NCBI GenBank assembly: GCA_951406725.2
Contig: OX597840.1
Coordinates: 37,572,001-37,636,000, forward strand
Length of the DNA: 64,000 bases
From: Octopus vulgaris
Lineage: Eukaryota
Direction: 5' to 3'
A program made the position numbers and the translations under genes. This document shows, one piece after another, positions 56,266 to 64,000 of the stretch (position 1 is its first letter; every line of letters starts with the position of its first letter). The notes under the pieces are model-generated. The model saw only the letters and a list, made by a program, of their open reading frames with translations, was not told where the DNA came from and searched no databases.

Positions 56266-56607
56266 TTTAAATATTCAGTTTTGGTTCACATATATTTTTC
56301 ATGGATTTTTCATGGATTTTTCATGGATTTTTACTGTGTTGGTTCTTCACATAACGAGATTAATTCCATTGCGTTTTGTTTTAATTTTTCTGTGTTAGTA
56401 TATTCTTATCGCAGTTTTAAAATCCTAGCAAGAAAGCTTTACTCTAATTTGGAATTTTAGAGACAGACGCTCTGTTTTCACACACACACACACACATAAA
56501 TCCATGTATATATACACACATAGACACACACGTACACATACATATACATGACCATACATATATCCGTGAACACACACACATCCGCACAGACAGAAATATT
56601 ATATATA

Positions 56608-56860
56608 GAGAGAGACCTGCATGGGGTGGAAGCAGATGACTTTAAAATAAAACTGGATCTCTTCCTGTCAGGTGTCCCAGATGAACCAACTTCGCGGCAG
56701 GAGGTGCAAGATGAGGGCAGCTGCATCGAACTCTCTCATGCACCAAATGGCAATTGCTAAAAAGCATTCGTGAAGTAAAATCATGTTGCAACACCAAATG
56801 GCGGTGCCCCAGCATGGCCACAGCTCGTGAGCTGAAACTAGATAAAATGAAAAATAAATA
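56608..56860 (+). mobile_element. CR1-like LINE extreme 3' end; tail shared with S2 SINEs
   Basis: RDLHGVEADDFKIKLDLFLSGVPDEPT followed by ggcggtgccccagcatggccacag..ctgaaac. Confidence 0.78.
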
Positions 56861-57239
56861 AATAAATAAATATCGGTGCATATAGATATACTCCTAAATA
56901 CATACATACATATATATATACACGAACACACATACATTCATGCACATCCATATATATATATATATATATACACACACATACACCTCAGGTGTACTGTGTA
57001 TGTTATTTATTAGTCTGTTGGGGTCCTACGTATCGGCTCTTTATAGTTATAGCTATGAGAATGTTGGGTTGCTTGTAGTGCAAGGGTGACTGTGCTTATT
57101 GGGTGTTAGCTGTGAGGGGTTATGGTTTGTTTCCGCTGATATGGTTGGATGTGCATCTAGCGGCGTGGGAATTTCGGCGCCAGTTATGTGTGTGGAGGTG
57201 CTTGGATGGTTCTAGTGTAATGGGTGAATGTCGATTTTT

Positions 57240-57370
57240 AGATATGGATGCAACGTGTAATTCCTTCGGATTATTTGTTTATATGTGTTTCTCTAGTTAG
57301 TAAAATGGTTAAAGAATCTTCGGAGCACAGCCCACACCTCATGGGATTTAGAGTTGTGTCTGTAGGATTC
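57240..57370 (-). pseudogene. Penelope-like GIY-YIG endonuclease C-terminal remnant
   Basis: RCGLCSEDSLTILLTRETHINK*SEGITRCIH resembles the PLE motif C.LC..EK..I.....LNKRSE....C.H. Confidence 0.6.
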
Positions 57371-57399
57371 AAAGAGATGGTTCCATGATACTGCTCTCC

Positions 57400-57690
57400 A
57401 TAAGTTGTCCATTTTCGCTCGTTTGATAAAGCTGGAACACCATCCCTTAATGTAGCAAGTATATCTGCATTAATGTTGTTGGGTGCTAAACCCTTTTTCT
57501 GTAGGTTCTTGATAATATTAAGCGACGAGTTATCCATTTTCAAGAGAGATCTTCTTTAAAATGTGAGATGTCAGTTTACCTGGAAAGAAGCAAATGACTT
57601 TATTAATAAGAGGAAGGCTTGACATTAATGCATGCTGGGTTTCACAGCTTTAGGATCACTCTTTCATGGTCAGCCGAGGAAGTTTTCTGC
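57400..57690 (-). mobile_element. Mariner transposon 5' fragment
   Basis: MDNSSLNIIKNLQKKGLAPNNINADILATLRDGVPALSNERKW resembles the mariner N-terminal HTH (IK.L..KG.....I......G..AP..STV.KW). Confidence 0.72.
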
Positions 57691-57850
57691 TTAATTTTCT
57701 ACATATGTGTGTGTTCGTGTTTGCTTTCGTGATGTGTTGTCTGTGTGTGTCTGTGTGTTTGCGCCTATGCTTTTCTTTTGCCGTTGTATACCTGAAGGTG
57801 TGAGTATGCGCGTGTGTGAGAGAGAGATACGGATGCAGTGAATAGGAAAT

Positions 57851-58020
57851 AGAGAGAGAGAGAGAATATTAGTGGATAGAAGGAAAGAGAGAGAGAGAGA
57901 GAGAGAGAATATTAGTGGATAGAAGGAAAGAGAGAGAGAGAGAGAGAGAATATTAGTGGATAGAAGGAAAGAGATAGAGAATATTAGTGGATAGAAGGAA
58001 AGAGAGAGAGAGAGAGAGAG
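57851..58020. repeat. Minisatellite: 4 x gaatattagtggatagaaggaaa with variable (GA)n spacers
   Basis: Seen directly. Confidence 0.92.
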
Positions 58021-58264
58021 GAGGACAATCAGCTGAGAAAGAAGCAGAAAAAATGGCAAATGATTTGAAAGTGAGATGGTGAGTGTAATTCTATAAAAAA
58101 GGAGAGAGAGAAAGAGGGAGGGATAGAAAGAAGGAAACGGTATGGGAAGATAGGGAGAGAGAGAGAGAAAGAGAGATGGAAAAAGTGAAGGATAGTGATG
58201 GTGGGGGAGAGTGAGGGAAAGAGAAAGTGAGAGACTTAAAACGCAGTGTACGTGTGTGCTTGTT

Positions 58265-58302
<38 letters not shown>

Positions 58303-58671
58303 CGTGAACGTGAGTGTGTATGTGTGTGTGTGAGAGAGAGGAAGAGCGAGAGAGAGGGTTTGACAGATAGGGGGAGAGAGATGGAGAGGTGAGCTAATTA
58401 AGGGTCAGAATAAGAAGATGAATAGGATGAAAGTGAATGCGTGAATGAAGGAGAGATAGATAGATAGAGAGAAAGAGAGAGAGAGGATGAGAGAGAAAGA
58501 TAAAGGGAGAAGTAGGGTGTGTGGGAGAGGAGAAAGAGAGAAAGAGAGAGAGAAAGAAAGAGAGAAGTAGAGTGTGTGAGAAGAGAAAGAGAGGAAGAGA
58601 GAGAAAATGAGCGAAATAATTTGAAAGGGGGAAATAAGGTTTATGAAAATTAAGGAGTTGGGTGTGTATGT

Positions 58672-58712
<41 letters not shown>

Positions 58713-59006
58713 TGTGTGTGTGTGAGTGTGTGTGTGTTTGAGTGTGTGTGTGTGTTGGAGTGGCTGCGTAAATGTCTGTGCAATTATATGTGTGTGCGTG
58801 TGCGTGTGAGTGTGTGTGTGCGTGTGAGTGTGTGTGTGTGTGTGTTAGTGTATGTGTGTGTGCGTGTGTGTGTGTGTGAATGTGTGTGTGTTAGTGTATG
58901 TGTGTGTGAGTGTGTGTGTGTGTAGGGGTGTGCGGTACTTAGATACGCATGTTTCTATGACTGTGTGTGTCTGTGCCTCTGTGTGTGTGTGTGTGTGTGT
59001 GTGTGA

Positions 59007-59043
<37 letters not shown>

Positions 59044-59377
59044 TGTGTGTGAGCATTTGCATTATGAGTGTGTTTGTGTGTTTGTATGTGAGCCCAAGAA
59101 GTAGTTCGAAACCCCATCACGTTTGCATGTTACACTAGTCGTTTCTCTTATAGATGTGACAACCTGACAGAGCACAGCGTCGGAAATTTGATTGATGGAA
59201 ACTGTACGGAACCTCTATGAGGTAGCGTGTAACGCAGCGTTTACAAGAACCTACAAAATGGACTGGCAGCTCCAATTTGCTTCGATTATAGGAGGTTTGG
59301 CTGAGTGAAAAGATGGAACCTTCTCCATCGAAACCGACGGAGAAACTAATTCCTTTTTCCTTAAAAAGGGACGGATA

Positions 59378-59735
<358 letters not shown>

Positions 59736-59819
59736 TCTATCAATCAAGCAATCAATCTATCTCTCTATCTCCCTATCTATCTAGCCCTTTCGTGTGTAAA
59801 CACAACCTTCGATAGGAAC

Positions 59820-59939
59820 ATGCTCAAAATAGGCAGTATAAATGTACGTGGCTTGGGGTCGCCGTAGAAACAAGGCTACCTGTTAAACGACATCAGGTCA
59901 CAGAATGTGCATATCATAGCCATCAGCGAGACCAGACTC
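59820..59939 (+). pseudogene. APE endonuclease N-terminus of an L1/Tx1-like ORF2
   Basis: MLKIGSINVRGLGSP*KQGYLLNDIRSQNVHIIAISETRL (NVRGL and ETR motifs), one stop. Confidence 0.75.
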
Positions 59940-59999
59940 CCCCCCCGCGGACACATTGTTCGACGCTCTAAGAATTCTAAAATAAGAATAAAGGGTTCA

Positions 60000-60145
60000 A
60001 ACTTTCTCATAACGCCAGCAATTCCATGGGGCTGGGGGGGATAAATTCGATTGGAGTGACCCCATTGCTCAACTGATACTTCATTTTATTGACCCTGAAA
60101 GATAAAAGGCAAAGTCGATTCCGGTGGCAATTGAACTCAGAACTC
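60000..60145 (-). mobile_element. Decayed SINE S1
   Basis: gaccctgaaagataaaaggcaaagtcgat..ttgaactcagaac. Confidence 0.72.
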
Positions 60146-60239
60146 TAGTTTTCTATTTAGAACAAGTTTGCATCCAAATCGCATTGGATATTCATATCGT
60201 GTTCTTTTTTAAATTAAATTTATAGATACACAAGTGCAG

Positions 60240-60270
60240 TATGTTTCGCTCTTATGATCTCATCAGAAAA
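60240..60270 (-). ncRNA. Degenerate hammerhead-like motif H14
   Basis: Minus strand CTGATGA-GaTC-ATAA-GAGC-GAAAC-ATA; helix I does not pair. Confidence 0.3.
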
Positions 60271-61548
60271 AAATTTACCATATCTTACTTCATTCCAAAA
60301 CGTGTACTTTGGTAATAATCAATCAATTATTTTTAGAGAAGCTTATCAAAAATTATTCTCTTTCTACTTCACGTTCTCTCTCTCTCTCTAAAAGCACATC
60401 CACACACACATACAAATACACAAAGACACATACACACACTGACACACGCATTTATACTTTTATATGCATATACATATATATATATATGTGTATGCAAGCA
60501 TGTCTGTATATATGCATGGTGTGTACGTATATATGTATATATTTATATGTGTGTGTGTGTGAATATACATATATTCATATATGCACACACACACACACGA
60601 CACACACGTCACACCCCCGCATACACACACATATATATAGAAACTTAGTTATCCTGTATCAAATCCGGTTCTTAACAGTGCAGACAGACGCTAATCCTCT
60701 CGAATTAACTTAGATTATATTTGATTATCTCCCATGATGTTTACTAACACAAGATGCAAATATGCTAATATTGCTGTCGAGTGTGGGACTGCAGCAGTGT
60801 TAGTGGTCGTGGTGGTGGTCATGGTTGTAGTACTAGCAATTTTAGTAGTAGTAACAGTACCAGTCGGTTAGTAGCAGCATTTGTACTAGTTGAGGTGTTA
60901 GTAATACTAGCAGCAGCAGCAGCAGCAGCAGCAACCGTTATTCCTTTGTTCGAGTGTCCGCCTCCATTCCATTAAATCTACGTCGAAGATGTTCTATGCA
61001 AGACCAACCAGTCTTTTTCGGATAATTTACTCTCTTCCTGGTTTCAGAAATTAGACTGTGGCTATTTTAGTCTAATGCCTGGATTATTCCAGTACTCCAC
61101 CCTCGTTAAGTGCTGGAATAATTCGCAAGACTTTCTGTTACCAAAGCTGATAGGCCTGCTCTACCGATATATTTTCCGATCTCAGAAAATTGAAACGCAA
61201 ATGGCATCGGCGAGATTTGAATTCATAATGAATAGAAAAGAGAGAGACATTTTTCGTCAGATTCTAGGGCAATCTTGCCAACACAAGGTCGAGAAAATTT
61301 CGTCCGATGGAACGAGATGAAAACACTGTAAAAATGTTCCTAGATCTTATCTGTTTGACTGCACCTGTGGAAATGTTAAAGTTTACTGAAATTTTTTTTA
61401 ATTTGGTGTATGGATGTCATTTTCCATGCTGATTCTCAGGAGATAATTTACTTTTTCCAGAAAAAAAAAAAAATTTTTTTAAATGCTACAAAGGATTGAA
61501 ATTTTGATAACTTTTACCCAGTAAAAAAACAGGTGTATGTGTATATAT

Positions 61549-61630
<82 letters not shown>

Positions 61631-61761
61631 GTATACTTTCATGTACACATACATGTATATGTATACATATTATAAACGTTTATATATTCATGCGCTTATA
61701 GCTGTATATTTGTGTATGTGTGTATCTATATATACATACATAGATACACACACATATATAA

Positions 61762-61800
<39 letters not shown>

Positions 61801-61875
61801 CATATAATTATATGCACACCTATATTATATATGCATATATTTATGTCTGCATGTATGTATGATGTATGTATATAT

Positions 61876-61917
<42 letters not shown>

Positions 61918-62369
61918 AGATATTTACTCATATATACAAACCCATACTATCACATTTACTATACTCATATATTCACGTATATACAAATGAAAGGTCATAT
62001 GACTTCTTATCTATTTCTCGTTATCAATCTATATTTATCATTGGATGTATTTAAATATGATTATACATACGTATACACATACATTCATATACACATAAAC
62101 GTATAAGTGTATAATACATATGTGTGTGTTGCTCGATGGATAGATAGGTGCATGCATACACCTATATGCATTTTATTGTGTTTATGAAATATATGTTAAA
62201 TATATGTGTGGTTGTGTTTTTATAAATAGGTATTTGTGTGCATAGACAAAACACTTCCACTCAAAGAGCTACGAATGATAGAAGCAATATGTTAGCCATA
62301 ATATATGAATGAAAGACGGTTTCTCTCCATTTATCACTGAAACTACATAGCCAAGGGAACATACAGCAG

Positions 62370-62545
62370 ACACCGGGGCGACCACATAACTATACAATGT
62401 TTCCGAAACTATATCATCTTCACAACTACAATAAAACAATATTGAGGTCAAGGAGGTGAATAGTTTCCTCCCACCAACACAATCACCCAACTCAACGCCA
62501 CTTCCAGGCAAATGCATTAGTGGAAGTAATTTTTTTCAAAGAAAT
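62370..62545 (+). pseudogene. Possible PLE RT-endonuclease linker remnant
   Basis: NVSETISS/HNYNKTIL and PLPGKCISG resemble PN...IIS.HNK.IL and CPL.GKC. Confidence 0.35.
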
Positions 62546-63319
62546 GGTGTAAACTATACATCATGGAGAGATTAGTGAATATAGGGTGAAGGTGTAATTG
62601 TTGATGGAGATTATGTTAGCGAATGTGTGCAAGTATGGATGTCTGTCATAATTCATGTATGCGTGTGTGTGTGTGTGTTAAAATAATGGGTGTAATGGAC
62701 AAATATAGAGATTCAATGCTAGAGGAAATAAAGTGATAGGGAGTGTGATGGTGTCTTTGTGTGAGGGGGCAAAAGTTAGAGGAAGTGATATTGAGAAGGA
62801 TTGTGTGTGAAATTGCGTTGATGAACGAGGTTATGTGAAAGTGTAACAAATGTTATGTGTGTGTGTCTGAGTTTATGTGTGTATGTGGCTGTGAACGAAG
62901 GTGAGTAAGGGTGTGTGTGAGGATGATATGATATAGTGAGGTAGGCTAATAAAGTGTGGGGGTAGGATATTTCGAACGTATAAGAGTGTTTATGGGCGAA
63001 AGGTGTTATACGACACCTAGTGTTAAGAACTATGGCATGATAGGTGTGAGGAGAGCTGGTATTTTGGCCAACATTTCGACCAATAGGAAACAAAATATAT
63101 GCCATTGCTGTGAATACTATTTCCTCCCTACCTGGGATTTTGCGATGGAGTCCTGCGGGCGCCGTGTTGGATATTTTTGTAACATGGACATACACTTCCC
63201 GTTCAATTATTTCTAAACTTGTAAACAGGAAAAAGAAGGAAGTGCTGGAAGGTGGGAGTGAGTGTCAGAAGGAACAGGAGTAAAATAAGGAGGAAAATAT
63301 AATAGGGAAGAAAAAAAAC

Positions 63320-63675
63320 GGAAGAGGAGAAGGAGGAGAAGAAGAAGAAGAAGAGGAAGAAGGGGAAGAGGAGGAGCAAGAAGAAGAAGAACAACAACAA
63401 CAACAAGAAAAAGAAGGAGGAGGCGGAGAAGAAGAAGAAGAAGAAGAAGAAGAAGCAGAAGAAGAAGAAGAAGAAGAAGAAGAAGGAGGAGAAGAAGGAG
63501 AAGAAGAAGAAGAAGAAGAAGGAGAATAAGAAGGAGAAGAAGAAGGAGAAGGAGAAGAAGGAGAAGAAGAAGAAGAAAAAGATGAAAAAGAAGAAGCAGA
63601 AGAAGAAGAAGAAAAGAAGAAGAAGAAGAAGAAGAGGAGAGGGAGGGGGAGGAGAAGAAGGAATAATAATAAGAA
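63320..63675. repeat. (GAA)n/(GGA)n tract
   Basis: Seen directly. Confidence 0.95.
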
Positions 63676-64000
63676 TCGACGACAGTACATGAGTGATACT
63701 TTTTTATGGACGCAGAATGCGAAGCAGATAAAAAATTGCGCCACAGTTTATTGGACGCTCTACCCATTTCGTCGACGCACCGCCTTCTAAAACATCAACT
63801 CAAAAATGGAGCCCGTACGTAGATACACAAAGTGTTAGCAGTAGCAGCCGAATTTGCTGGAACGATTCCCAAATTTGGTTAATAAACTTTTGGTTCGAAC
63901 TTTGGTTCATCCACATTACTTCTGGTTCCTGCACATCGTTTAATAAACATTTGGTTCGTCCACGTTACTCGGGAGGCAGCATATGGCGATTTTTAAAAAC

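Noticed and set aside
57851-58020. Repeat-spacer pattern reminiscent of CRISPR
   Set aside because: Spacers are just (GA)n, the context is eukaryotic, and there are no cas genes
63860-64000. Imperfect direct repeats (taataaac.tttggttcg; tttggttc.tccac.ttact)
   Set aside because: Possibly a transposon subterminal region, but cut by the window edge

Overview
Repeat-saturated, AT-rich animal genomic DNA with no recognisable intact host gene. The SINE families, LINE tails and microsatellite density look like Octopus or another coleoid cephalopod (inference from pattern recognition, not a database hit). Almost all ORFs in the supplied track are microsatellite translations. The window holds: three tRNA-derived SINE families (called S1, S2 and S3 here); decayed RTE, CR1-like and L1/Tx1-like LINE pieces; hAT and mariner relics; two Merlin-like MITEs; a hAT MITE; and a solo LTR in a nested insertion series. 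The most notable signal is about 14 minimal type I hammerhead ribozyme (HHR) motifs from several unrelated short elements, most abutting (TA)n or other microsatellites. These are probably Penelope-like element (PLE) pseudo-LTR derivatives. One four-copy family has a non-canonical core (CUGUUGA or CUGCAGA instead of CUGANGA), and several copies sit in or next to long fold-back palindromes. All motifs and coordinates were read by eye. Boundaries of decayed elements are approximate, and no ribozyme activity is shown.
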